Shown here in pieces: positions 1-9,054 of a stretch of DNA of 64,000 nucleotides (its first letter is position 1; every line of letters begins with the position of its first letter). The notes below the pieces were generated by a model. The model worked only from the letters and a program-made list of their open reading frames with translations, was not told where the DNA came from and did no database searches. Origin of the DNA: a virus. The stretch is taken from positions 1-64,000 of the IMG/VR virus record IMGVR_UViG_3300047172_000052; one strand, given 5' to 3'. A program made the translations under genes and the position numbers.

Positions 1-141
1 AGGAATTCGATAGGGTTCATGCCGCGTCACTCCAGGCACCGGGTTGCTTGCGCAGGGACGATCGTCGCGCATCTGTGATGCGCGATCTTCCATGCAGGAT
101 CAGTGATGCCAGGAGCAGGGCGAGGACGACGGAAACCATGA

Positions 142-2199
142 TCAGTCCCTCACCTGAGAATCACGCGTCAGAGCATTCGAAACGACCGTCTTGCCCTTCT
201 GACCCTTGCCTGTCGGGTTGGCGCCGGGCGTGCCCTGACCGTCATCGTTGATCGATGTGCCGTCACTGCCGCCACCACCCGCTGCTGTCTTGCTGGTGCG
301 AGCTACGCGCTTTGCAGCAGGCGCGTTCGGCGTTCCATCGCCATCATCGTTGACCGAAGTTCCGTCATTGCCCCCAGGCTTGGGCATCGCGCGCCTGGGC
401 GTTGCCTTGCCGGAGCCACCGTTGCCACCGCTGCTGCTGGGGCGTGGTGCCGGTGCCACAACTGGCTTGCCATCCGGACCAACAGCGCCGGGTTTCGGCG
501 GAAGCGTCTCCTCACGGCTGATCTCTCCACCTTCGGTCTGCCCTGGCAGCGGTTGCTGCCCTGCTGGCGCCTGAGAGTCGTAGCCGAGGACAGCCACGAC
601 CTGAGGATCGACAAGAACATGCTCAGCCTCCCATTCACTCTGCGCACTCGGCGCACCACGCTGACGAGCCAGGACGTCGGCGAGGTTCGGGAAGCTCTCG
701 GGGTCGTTCAGCATCGTCTCGAACTGATCCAGCGGCATCCAGTCGGGGATGACTTCGGCGCGCTTCAGGTAGTCGTAGACCACCGCCAGCGGGATCACGC
801 CGGCCTCATACATCATCTGGATCGCGCGGAACTCACGCGCGCCGATGTTCTGCAGCAGGAAGTCCTTGTTGGTCTCGAAGTTGACCAGACTGGCCTTCGA
901 CGGCTCGACGTCTTGCCACTGCGTCCACCAGCGCAGCAGGCCGGTGAAGCCGGAATCGAGAACCATGGACAGGTTCAGCAGCATGGCCTGCTCGTTCGCT
1001 TCCTTGGTCTTGAGCATGTTGTTGCTCTGACCGGTGGAGACGCGCTCGCTGCTGACCATCCGCCCGCCGAGGGCTTCGATCTGCTCCTCCTTGGAGGACA
1101 GGGCGTTCTCCAGGAACTTCAGACCGCTGCCATTGAACTCGATGATGCCTGGTTTCTTGTCGCCTTCGACCTCCCAGACGACGCTGGGACCGATGGTGTA
1201 GGACCCCTTCTCGTCGCCCGGCGGAACCGGGGCGTAGTAGACCGGGAGAGCGGTGAAGAAACGCCCATGCTCCAGCATCGCGTAGCTGCGGTAGTGGCTG
1301 TATTGCAGGTCCACGATGTCCAGGATCGGGCTCTTCTGGATGTCGGTCGTATGGTCGAACGGGCCGAAGAAGACGAACGGGATGAAGCGGAACGGCTGCC
1401 CACGGTTCGTCGGCGTAAAGACGGCGTAGGGCGCACCCTCCGGACTGGCATCGCCTCGGTCGCTGGTATGGTAGTATTGACGGTAGATGCGCGGCCCTGC
1501 TGGGTCGTCCAGCTTCTCGGGCTCCAGGCGCAGAACGCGATAGCTGGCGATCCAGCGGCGCGCCGCACGGGTCACGGTGGTGTCCTGGCTGAAGACCTGC
1601 GCCTGGGTGCTGGTGGTCTTGGGCACCTTCTGTCCTGCCGGCGTCAGGCTGATGGGATTCAGCAGCGGGCGTGCCAGACGAAGTTCGCGCAGGATGACCT
1701 CGGTGACGAGCCAGCGCCCGTTGATCTCCTCCACCGTCCAGTCGACGATGTTCTCGGTCACGTAGCCCGCCAGATAGGGCGGCAGCGTCCCGTTCTCGTC
1801 CATGTCCAGCAGGACGCCGTAGCGCCCCATGGTGATGATCTCGCGAGCCACCTGCTTCACGAACAGCATCAGGCTCTGGTTCTCTTTCGAGATGTTGGAG
1901 GTGTCCAGCTTGTCGGGGATACCGGTCAGGACCGGGTTGCGGCGGAACAGCGTGCCCAGGAGCCCACGGATCGTCCGATCGACCATGTTGAAGAAGACGG
2001 CGCGGTCCTTGAACGCCTCATACTCATGCTGCTGCATGCCCTCCAGCTTGGGCAGGTAGCGCGTGTTCTTCCGCTTGACCTCGACCGCGCCGACAACCGC
2101 GTCACGGATCGACTGGTAGGTGTAGGTCCAGTATTGCAGTTCCGGGTGGACGAAGGTCGTGTGGACCGTCGTCGTGATCGGATAGTCCCAAAACGGCAT
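142..2199 (-). CDS. Phage portal protein (DUF4055 family) with a low-complexity C-terminal tail
   Basis: 685 aa; YLPK..Y..F.DRAVFFN..RT..GL.G.LFR, GRYGVLLD, Y.TENIVDW, IPFVFFG, L.YSHYRSYA are typical of DUF4055 portals; same strand as terL. Confidence 0.85.
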   Translation of the reverse strand: MPFWDYPITTTVHTTFVHPELQYWTYTYQSIRDAVVGAVEVKRKNTRYLPKLEGMQQHEYEAFKDRAVFFNMVDRTIRGLLGTLFRRNPVLTGIPDKLDTSNISKENQSLMLFVKQVAREIITMGRYGVLLDMDENGTLPPYLAGYVTENIVDWTVEEINGRWLVTEVILRELRLARPLLNPISLTPAGQKVPKTTSTQAQVFSQDTTVTRAARRWIASYRVLRLEPEKLDDPAGPRIYRQYYHTSDRGDASPEGAPYAVFTPTNRGQPFRFIPFVFFGPFDHTTDIQKSPILDIVDLQYSHYRSYAMLEHGRFFTALPVYYAPVPPGDEKGSYTIGPSVVWEVEGDKKPGIIEFNGSGLKFLENALSSKEEQIEALGGRMVSSERVSTGQSNNMLKTKEANEQAMLLNLSMVLDSGFTGLLRWWTQWQDVEPSKASLVNFETNKDFLLQNIGAREFRAIQMMYEAGVIPLAVVYDYLKRAEVIPDWMPLDQFETMLNDPESFPNLADVLARQRGAPSAQSEWEAEHVLVDPQVVAVLGYDSQAPAGQQPLPGQTEGGEISREETLPPKPGAVGPDGKPVVAPAPRPSSSGGNGGSGKATPRRAMPKPGGNDGTSVNDDGDGTPNAPAAKRVARTSKTAAGGGGSDGTSINDDGQGTPGANPTGKGQKGKTVVSNALTRDSQVRD

Positions 2200-2286
2200 G
2201 ACCTACCTGCCTTCAGGAGAGGGTTGCGTGGAGTGTCCCGCGTAAGCCTGGATGACGTTCGGAGTCAAGGAAAATGGCGCAGTGGC

Positions 2287-2529
2287 TCAGTTGAGAAGCC
2301 ACTCAATGTCCTTGAACGGCGGCAGCTTCGTCCGCACCTGCTCGTTTATCCAGTCCAGTTCCATGTTCCGGATGCGGTGGCTGGCGGACCAGCGGAACAT
2401 CGAGATGACGCGCTAGAAACGGTGACCAGAAAGAGCCTGACCTGGACGGATGACTGTCCAAACAGGGAAGAACTCGGCGATCAACTTGTCGGCTTCAGCG
2501 TCCTCGCGAGCGATGATGGCGCACGTCAT
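2287..2529 (-). pseudogene. Small hypothetical gene interrupted by an in-frame TAG (2413-2415)
   Basis: ATG 2529 overlaps the upstream stop; the frame continues with phage-like codons after the TAG (RVISMFRWS...EWLLN) to TGA 2287. Confidence 0.5.
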
Positions 2530-2720
2530 CCCAACCCGCTCCTCCCCACTTCCCGAGCGAACGCGAGCACACACGCCTGGGCTTCGGTATACAGGTAGGC
2601 TTCCCGCTCCGAAGAGAACTTGGCGAGGCGTGTGGAGAACTCCGCTCCGGGGTGCTCCATGGAGACCAGCCATATCTCGTCGCCGGTCACGGCTTTCTGG
2701 CGCTCGATGGCGAGGATCAC
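2526..2720 (-). CDS. Hypothetical protein
   Basis: 64-aa ORF with start/stop overlaps to its neighbours. Confidence 0.5.
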   Translation of the reverse strand: MILAIERQKAVTGDEIWLVSMEHPGAEFSTRLAKFSSEREAYLYTEAQACVLAFAREVGRSGLG

Positions 2721-2993
2721 GGAAGGTCGTCCCGGAACAGTTCCTTCAGAGCGAGGCAGAGACCGACGAAGCCGAGGGCGTAGAAAAGGAAGTTCATGCC
2801 CAGTCTCCTCGCCACCGGCACTTGGCGACGTAGAACGTCACCTCGTAGCTGTGGTAGCCACGCAGGTTTATGGCGAATTGCCAGCCGTAGCTGGGTGGCT
2901 TGCACCGCAGACTCTCGAAGGACAGGCTGATCAGCTTGACCTGCTTCGTGTTCCAACGGTTGTGGCAGAAGTCGATCAGGAGCCGCCCGAGCC

Positions 2994-3209
2994 TCATGCC
3001 GCGCGCTCCCCGGCGGTATCCTTCACACCTGCCCCCGTGACAGTCACCACCTTTATGCGGTGTAGGGGGTAGAAGAACATCACACCATCGGACGCCCACT
3101 CCAGGCCTGTTGCGGCGACGTCTTGCGCCATGCAGCAGGCCTCGTCCTTGTCCATGTCGTTGAACCGCAGGACGTGCTCATCGTCCAGGTAGACGGTGAG
3201 GGTGCTCAA
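2994..3209 (-). CDS. Hypothetical small beta-rich protein
   Basis: 71-aa ORF coupled to the upstream gene; biased codon use. Confidence 0.55.
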   Translation of the reverse strand: MSTLTVYLDDEHVLRFNDMDKDEACCMAQDVAATGLEWASDGVMFFYPLHRIKVVTVTGAGVKDTAGERAA

Positions 3210-3553
3210 CTGACATACCCCACGCGGTGCCGCATCGGCTCGCCGTTGCGGTCGAGCGGGATGGAGGGCGCGGCGCGCGTCACTGGCTTGAACTGGTCAT
3301 AGCCCAGTTCCATCTGCGCGGCCTCGAACGCCTTTTCGGCGTCATAGCCGGCTAGCCACGTGTTGCGGTGGCGGGCGGTCGCCCACTTCTTCGGCACGAC
3401 GCGCTGGAGCCGATCGGCGGCGGCTTCGGCGCCGGCTGTGTAGGCTGCGTTCGCCAAGGGGTCCTGCGGCTTCTTCAGATTTTCGATCGACTTGTCCAGC
3501 ATGGTGGAGTCGACCTCGATCTTCAGCAGAAGCTCGCGGATATCATTGGTCAT
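3206..3553 (-). CDS. Hypothetical protein (starts MTNDIRELL, inside the IS target duplication)
   Basis: Phage-like codon use begins at ATG 3553; the longer upstream ORF extension lies inside the IS. Confidence 0.6.
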   Translation of the reverse strand: MTNDIRELLLKIEVDSTMLDKSIENLKKPQDPLANAAYTAGAEAAADRLQRVVPKKWATARHRNTWLAGYDAEKAFEAAQMELGYDQFKPVTRAAPSIPLDRNGEPMRHRVGYVS

Positions 3554-3640
3554 TCCATGCTTATCCGGTTGACACCCAAGAAAGCCAGTGGTAGTGTTCG
3601 ATTCATTGGGGCAGATGCTCCCTATCTGGTGGAGGTTCGG

Positions 3641-3859
3641 ATGGCCAAAAGTGAAATTTGCAAATGCTGCTGCCCGTCTGGCGGGGCACTCTTCGATATT
3701 TGTATGCCAGCGGCATCGGACGAGCCGGTTGCCGCTGACAAATTCATCAAACGGTGCCGCAACTGCGGAACGGAAAAACCGTGGCGTCGTCGTTTCTCGG
3801 CTAAGCGTGAGGCACGCCGGGCGGCCAGGGAAGCCCTGATCAAGGAACTCACCGCATGA
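3641..3859 (+). CDS. IS passenger: small Cys-rich (CKCCC, CRNC) putative zinc-binding protein
   Basis: RBS ggagg at 3631, ATG 3641, 72 aa. Confidence 0.6.
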   Translation: MAKSEICKCCCPSGGALFDICMPAASDEPVAADKFIKRCRNCGTEKPWRRRFSAKREARRAAREALIKELTA

Positions 3860-3996
3860 ACTGGAACCCTTTTCGGCTACCGAATACCCTCGCAACAGCA
3901 TGGATGGCGGCGACTTTGATGGCTTCCCTGATTTTTGGAGTGCCTTGTCTTGCCATCGTTGGCCTCTGTTGGTTTTTTTGGCGTTCATTGATATGA
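3856..3996 (+). CDS. IS passenger: 46-aa membrane peptide
   Basis: ATGA overlaps at both ends; hydrophobic stretch AWMAATLMASLIFGVPCLAIVGLCWFFW. Confidence 0.5.
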   Translation: MNWNPFRLPNTLATAWMAATLMASLIFGVPCLAIVGLCWFFWRSLI

Positions 3997-4175
3997 GAAT
4001 GCTCATTCAACATCCGTGCAAAATCGGCACCATCGCCATGCTCGTCCGTGTTCACGGGGCTGACAAAATCGAATCCGGCAAGTGGGTGAGAATACAGGAA
4101 TGTGTGCGTGGCCCATGGCTCAGAGTTTTGGTCGAACGGGTAGGGCAATCTGGCTATTTCACGGCCTCCAGATAG
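3993..4175 (+). CDS. IS passenger: 60-aa hypothetical protein
   Basis: ATGA overlap with the previous ORF; ends 9 nt before the transposase start. Confidence 0.45.
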   Translation: MRMLIQHPCKIGTIAMLVRVHGADKIESGKWVRIQECVRGPWLRVLVERVGQSGYFTASR

Positions 4176-4184
4176 GGTAAAATT

Positions 4185-5216
4185 ATGGCTCCCGATGTTC
4201 TTCAACGGGCTTCGCTTCCATTCCCTCGGTCGCTGCCTGAGTTTCAGAAGCTCTTTCCGAACGATGCCGCTTGCGCTGCGTATCTTGAGCGTATTCGCTG
4301 GGACGCTGGCTTCGCCTGCCCATACTGCGGCGTGGTGGGCGAACCCTACCGTTTTGCCAACAAACCGGGCGTTCTGCGGTGCCGTGCCTGCCTGAAAGAT
4401 GTCGGCTTGACTGCCGGAACCGTGATGGAGCGGACGCATACGCCACTGTCGATTTGGTTTTGGGGTGCCTATCTCATTGCGTCGATGACGCCAGGGATGT
4501 CGGCAGTGCAGTTTCAACGCCAACTCGGGCTTACCAGATACGAAACGGCGTTCCAAATCCTGCATAAGCTGCGTTCTGGGATGGTTCGGCCAGAGGCCGG
4601 ACGCATCGGCGGGGATCAGTGCAGCCACATCGAGGTTGACGAAACGTGGGTTGGCGGGGCGTCTCGTGGCGTTGGCCGAGGCAACCACGATCAAACTCTC
4701 GTCATCGCCGCTGTCGAAGTCAGAGAACGCAAACCCGATCCCAAGAGCAAAGCGAAGCAACGGCGTGGCGGACGGATGGCGGGGCGACTCCGGTTGGAGA
4801 TCGTGCCGAACCGAACCGAGAAATCGTTGTGTGGGTTCATCGACGGATGCGTTGATCCGACAACATCGCTGGTTATCACGGATGCGTGGTCTGCTTATTC
4901 GTCTCTGACCAGTCGGGGCTATCAGCATCTTCCGGTTGTCGAGAGTGGAAACCCGCAAGTGGCGGAAGATTACCTGCCGATCATTCATCTGATTTTCAGC
5001 AACCTGAAAGGCTGGCTGCAAGGCGTTCATCACGGCGTCTCGCCGCAGCACCTTCAAGCCTACCTCAATGAGTTCACGTTCCGGTTCAATCGCCGCTTCT
5101 ACCCGTTCAACGCCTTCCGGTCGCTGCTTGGGATTGGCGGGGCAACGAAGCCGCCGACTTATGATGGGCTGTATGACCATGAGTGGCAGCATCCCACGGT
5201 TAGTAGTCATGGGTGA
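4185..5216 (+). CDS. IS1595-family (ISXO2-like) DDE transposase
   Basis: Zn ribbon CPYC...CRAC, EVDETWVGG, ITDAWSAY, HHGVS.QHLQAYLNEF.FRFNRR. Confidence 0.95.
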   Translation: MAPDVLQRASLPFPRSLPEFQKLFPNDAACAAYLERIRWDAGFACPYCGVVGEPYRFANKPGVLRCRACLKDVGLTAGTVMERTHTPLSIWFWGAYLIASMTPGMSAVQFQRQLGLTRYETAFQILHKLRSGMVRPEAGRIGGDQCSHIEVDETWVGGASRGVGRGNHDQTLVIAAVEVRERKPDPKSKAKQRRGGRMAGRLRLEIVPNRTEKSLCGFIDGCVDPTTSLVITDAWSAYSSLTSRGYQHLPVVESGNPQVAEDYLPIIHLIFSNLKGWLQGVHHGVSPQHLQAYLNEFTFRFNRRFYPFNAFRSLLGIGGATKPPTYDGLYDHEWQHPTVSSHG

Positions 5217-5233
5217 AAACCGGATAGGCATGG

Positions 5234-5560
5234 TCATTCAACAATTCCTTTCTTGCCGGAGAGTGCCGCACCGAGGATTCGGTGAAGCGTTGGGTTGGCG
5301 GAGAAAAGCCCAGACAAGCCTTTCGCTAGGCGTGCGCAGACTTCCTCCTCGGTCATCGTCTCGGGCCACGCGTGGAAGTCCCACAGGGCGTGGATCACCT
5401 CGTGGATCAGGATTTCCGCCTGGAACTCGGTCGGGATGTCGGAGTCGATGCGAACGGTCTTGGTGTCGTTGTCGTAGTCGCCGTTCTTGTCCTCCGCTGC
5501 GGCCTCGCCAGGGCCGAACGGACGGACTTCGACGCGGTAATGCCCGACCCGGATGATCAT
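5234..5560 (-). CDS. Small zincin-like metallopeptidase-fold protein
   Basis: HEVIH (HEXXH) followed by EEE. Confidence 0.65.
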   Translation of the reverse strand: MIIRVGHYRVEVRPFGPGEAAAEDKNGDYDNDTKTVRIDSDIPTEFQAEILIHEVIHALWDFHAWPETMTEEEVCARLAKGLSGLFSANPTLHRILGAALSGKKGIVE

Positions 5561-5630
5561 CTGTCGACCATCGACCAGCGGATGACGAAGATGACCACGA
5601 AGACGCCCATCAGGAGGATGTCACGATAGG

Positions 5631-6161
5631 TCATGTCGTCTTGCGCAACTTCGCCAGGACCGTCGTCACTATGCGATCGATGTTCGACTCCTGTGTGCCG
5701 TTGAGCAGCGGAGCAGTGGGGACCTGCGCGCGGATCACGGCGTCAAGCTGCTGCGCCTCGACCTCGGTTTGCTGCCTGCCACGCGGGTCGTAGACCTTCC
5801 GGCGCGCGATGAAGAAGTCGAGGTTGCAGAACTGGTTCACCAGGGCGTTGACGCTCCAGTGGAACTCCTCCGGCATGCGGCCTGCGGCGTAGACGTTGGA
5901 CAGCAGCAGCGGGCTGTCGGTCACCACGCAATCCAACTGGGCTGCGGCGAGCCGATGCAGCCTGAAATACTGCTTGCCGAAGATGTAGGGCTGGCACCCG
6001 ATGGCTGTCGACCGACCTTCCCACACCAGTTCCTTGGCGAACTCCGGTGCCATCTCGACGTTGACGCCGTGCTGTTTCAGCAAGGAGAATACGCCAGCCA
6101 TCGTGGTGGACTTGCCGGCGCCGGGACCTGCGAAGAGGTTGACGACGATCATGGCAACCAC
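5631..6161 (-). CDS. P-loop ATPase / nucleotide kinase (AAA_28, NadR-like)
   Basis: NLFAGPGAGKST, EFAKELVWE, VTDSPL, GRQQ. Confidence 0.75.
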   Translation of the reverse strand: MVAMIVVNLFAGPGAGKSTTMAGVFSLLKQHGVNVEMAPEFAKELVWEGRSTAIGCQPYIFGKQYFRLHRLAAAQLDCVVTDSPLLLSNVYAAGRMPEEFHWSVNALVNQFCNLDFFIARRKVYDPRGRQQTEVEAQQLDAVIRAQVPTAPLLNGTQESNIDRIVTTVLAKLRKTT

Positions 6162-6960
6162 CTGCTCGTCAGCCAGCAGCCGAGCACCATGACGGCGACG
6201 CCGATGCTGGTGGTGGCAGCGAGCTTCGCCGCCTCATACCAGTCGAAGGGTGTCATGAAGCTAAACACGGCACGCCACCACGCCGAGGTTGAACAAAACC
6301 CAGCAGACCAGGACGGCGCTCATACCGGCTTCGCGCTCTCGACGATCTCGAAGATCGCCGGCACGTTCTCCTGGGCTAAGCGGATGGCTTCCTTGCGGTT
6401 CGGCGCCATCTGGCGCCACTCGACTACGTGTCCTTCGCCGTCCGAGAGTCGGACACGAAAGTCGATGCAGTCCTCCCAGACATAGTCGGGCTCGTGCCGG
6501 CGCGCACAGATCGACACATCGAGCGCCAGCAGACCGACGACGAAGAAGGAGATAGCGCAACAGACCAGGATCATGACGCGATGGCTCCTTTCAGTCGAGG
6601 AAGGTGTCGGGGTTGACCGGGGTGTCCTTCTGCTCGCGGCGCTTGGACTTATCCTCGCGCTCTTCGAACATCCGAACGACACGCTGACCGAGCCACCAGA
6701 GGTGACTGCGGTGGTGCGGTGGTTCGACCGGCGTCTCGACGCAGCCGCCAGGGGTTGACGGGCTGCTCACGTGGGGTCCCCCACGCATTGCCGAACGGCT
6801 TGGTGCGCTGCGTCGATCCAGTCGGGATTGATCGCTGCGACCATCTTCACCCACAGTTCCGGCGCCAACTGGTGCGTTATCATCCGCACGAAGCCGACCA
6901 GGATGTCGGGATTGTCCGTGACGTAGGTGCAGGCCTCGGAGACGGAAACGGCGATCTCGT

Positions 6961-7164
6961 TCATGCGCGGCACTCCTTGATGACCAGGGCGTTGCCGGAC
7001 CAGACGGTCGTGGTGACGCTCTCGCCGGGTTTCAGCGGATCGGCGGTGCTGGAGCGCCCGGTTCCGACCGGGTGACCGCCCTCGCCGATGACGAAGGTCT
7101 CGACGGTGATGTCGTGACCGGAGCCGGGGACGGAGTCGTTGACGATGCGGACGGTTGTGGTCAT
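6961..7164 (-). CDS. Hypothetical protein
   Basis: 67-aa ORF with ggag RBS and overlap coupling. Confidence 0.55.
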   Translation of the reverse strand: MTTTVRIVNDSVPGSGHDITVETFVIGEGGHPVGTGRSSTADPLKPGESVTTTVWSGNALVIKECRA

Positions 7165-7366
7165 GTAACGTCTCCCGGATTCGGTGTATACATCGTGACC
7201 GTTGGTAGAAACTCGGTGCCACGGGCGTCGGTGTTGTTCGTCTCCAGCTTGACCTCGATTTGCTTCAACTGGACTTCGATGTCCTTCATCTTCGCTTCTA
7301 CACGCGCCAGCGCCATCAGAAGCCTCGACACTTGGAAGGAGGTCATCGTCATTTCCGATTACCCCT

Positions 7367-7774
7367 TCAGACGTGCGCCAGACCGTCGTGCGCGCGACGA
7401 TCGCGACGCCAGGATCGGGCGGTGCTCCTCACATCGACCTCGACGTCGGAGGCCTCCGGCGAGATGACGACAGGCCGATAGGACGAGGCGTGCGCCATGG
7501 TGATGACCGACTGGACGCGGTGACGCTTGGCGGTGACGATCTCGGCGAACTGACCGGCGGAGACCTCCTGGGCGCCCAGGGCTGCTGCCGTAAGGAACAG
7601 GCTGGACGGGAGGATGTAGTGCTCCTCCGGGGTCCCCTGGTTCTTCAGCTTCCGCTTCCTGAAGTTCAGATGCCGGGCGAAGGTCTGAAGTTCGCGTTGT
7701 CCATCGTAGCCACTGAGCGTGCTGATCAGGTGGGAGGAGACGCCAGTGGATGCGGTGTTGAATACGATGGTCAT
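7367..7774 (-). CDS. Hypothetical protein (weak DUF4031-like N-terminus)
   Basis: aagga RBS; HL.S...EL..FA..L...HY pattern. Confidence 0.55.
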   Translation of the reverse strand: MTIVFNTASTGVSSHLISTLSGYDGQRELQTFARHLNFRKRKLKNQGTPEEHYILPSSLFLTAAALGAQEVSAGQFAEIVTAKRHRVQSVITMAHASSYRPVVISPEASDVEVDVRSTARSWRRDRRAHDGLAHV

Positions 7775-7851
7775 CTCGTTCCTTGCGCTTGGGGTGGTTT
7801 CTCTCGATGCAGGGAGCGTAAGTCGGGCTGACGAGTCCGGTCAAGTAAAAT

Positions 7852-7902
7852 TACGCCTGGAGGCGAAAATAGGTTGCGCTCCGTCAGGGAGCGTGACATA
7901 TA
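7852..7902 (+). promoter_or_regulatory. Palindrome-type promoter driving the ncRNA cluster
   Basis: tacgcctggaggcg, then TTGCGC (7874), 17 bp, CATATA (7897). Confidence 0.6.
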
Positions 7903-7913
7903 GGCGTCAGCCA

Positions 7914-8062
7914 GCCGGGCACCGGTTGACGCTTTAAGGGTGAAGAGCCCTTGTCCAGAGAGACGGCAGCCTTGGGGGACCTGGGCGCCGAGGGAGGTGA
8001 GAGAACCTCCAGAGGGGACCAGTCCTTCGGACGGAAGACCCTGGAGCCGGTGGAAGCCCGGC
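7914..8062 (+). ncRNA. Putative multi-stem structured RNA
   Basis: Closing stems gccgggc/gcccggc and accgg/ccggt; inner stems aagggt/gccctt, gtccag/ctgggc, ggaggt/acctcc; G-U pairs work only on the + strand. Confidence 0.6.
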
Positions 8063-8069
8063 GCCTTTG

Positions 8070-8141
8070 GTGGAGGTCGTCTAGTCTGGATAGGACGCCG
8101 AGCGGCGCCGGTAACGCGGGTTCGAATCCCGCTCTCTACCA
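8070..8141 (+). ncRNA. tRNA-like RNA with a truncated anticodon arm
   Basis: Acceptor gtggagg/tctctac, Glu-type D arm, T arm gcggg-TTCGAAT-cccgc; anticodon arm only 14 nt. Confidence 0.65.
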
Positions 8142-8144
8142 CTC

Positions 8145-8214
8145 AGTGGGATCGTCTAGGGCGAGGACGCCGGCTACCAACCGGAAAGGCAGGTCTCGAA
8201 TCCTGCTCCCACTC
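8145..8214 (+). ncRNA. tRNA-like RNA (nominal anticodon ACC, atypical)
   Basis: Perfect acceptor agtggga/tcccact; 4-bp anticodon stem with loop CTACCAA; 8-nt T loop; no encoded CCA. Confidence 0.6.
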
Positions 8215-8220
8215 CCTCTT

Positions 8221-8347
8221 GGGTCCCCGTCCACAGGGCCTTACAGTCGCGCTAGAGCGTCTGGTGGAGGACTTCAGACAAGCTGTCGCCGTGAGCACAT
8301 GGCGCAGGTCACCGCACGAACAGAAAGCGTGACCTGGGATGGGACCC
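8221..8347 (+). ncRNA. Putative multi-stem structured RNA
   Basis: Closing gggtcc/ggaccc plus cgtcc/ggatg; hairpins gtctgg/tcagac, cgccgtg/catggcg, caggtcac/gtgacctg. Confidence 0.6.
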
Positions 8348-8604
8348 TACCGTTTTGTCTGGGCTGACAACTGTAGACTGACGAAGGCGTCCTGGACGGC
8401 GGCGCTGTAGCAGGGGAAGGGTCCCTGACGATCTGTCTCCACGACCTTCCCCCGGTGGGTCCTATCCCAATACCACCCACAGAACGTCAATGGGTCCCCT
8501 GGCGATCTTCCATTGTCCCACATGGCGGCGACGGTGCGGTCGATCTGCTTGACGTGAACGCCTGCTCTCTTGACGGCGCGTTCGATCGCGGAGGTTAGCC
8601 TCAT
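8347..8604 (-). CDS. Hypothetical protein
   Basis: ORF from MRLTSAIE; GWYW...GPF..YSAA pattern seen in small phage proteins. Confidence 0.5.
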   Translation of the reverse strand: MRLTSAIERAVKRAGVHVKQIDRTVAAMWDNGRSPGDPLTFCGWYWDRTHRGKVVETDRQGPFPCYSAAVQDAFVSLQLSAQTKR

Positions 8605-9054
8605 GGTGCTTTGGGTCCCCAGAGTTGTTCCTGGGGCAGTATATGCACGCACGCGATGGCAGGAAAAGAGCCGGAATTTTCCAATTTGATTCATACGTCT
8701 GGCACCCAGAACGCCCGAGACCGCCCCACCCTCCACCCCCGTCAGGGGTCCCTCTTTCGTTCCGGCGGCGGCACTATCGGTGCTGCGGCGCGACAGTGTG
8801 TCGCGCCGCGCGCCGTATCAGCGGGAAGCAAAGCCTATCGCTTCGGCTAGAGCTTCGTCGCGCCGCGTTGCGTGGATCGCTGCGTTCCGCGCATCGCCCA
8901 CCGACTCGAAGTGTTCCGTTTCCGCGTGTTCCCACCGTGCGATGAAGAGGGCGCCGCGAATGATGGAGGAGAGCATGATCCGTATCCTTTCGTTCCGTGT
9001 TTCGATGACGACAATATGCGCCATCTTGGCGCACACGTCAAGCATTAAATGCGC

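Larger units (their letters stand above)
3556..5232 (+). mobile_element. IS1595-family insertion sequence (ISSod11-like ends) with passenger ORFs
   Basis: 25-bp TIRs catgcttatccggttgacacccaag (3556-3580) and catgggtgaaaaccggataggcatg (5208-5232), 4 mismatches; direct repeat ggtcattc at 3548-3555 and 5232-5239; lower GC than flanks. Confidence 0.92.

Noticed and set aside
553-2598. 681-aa + strand ORF (similarly 3849-5237, 42035-43930, 47103-48455, 58308-59429)
   Set aside because: Antisense shadows of GC-biased real genes; no motifs or RBS
8720-8752. C-rich tract as a cos-like end signal at the left edge of the atypical block
   Set aside because: Only a vague resemblance; cannot be supported without terminus data
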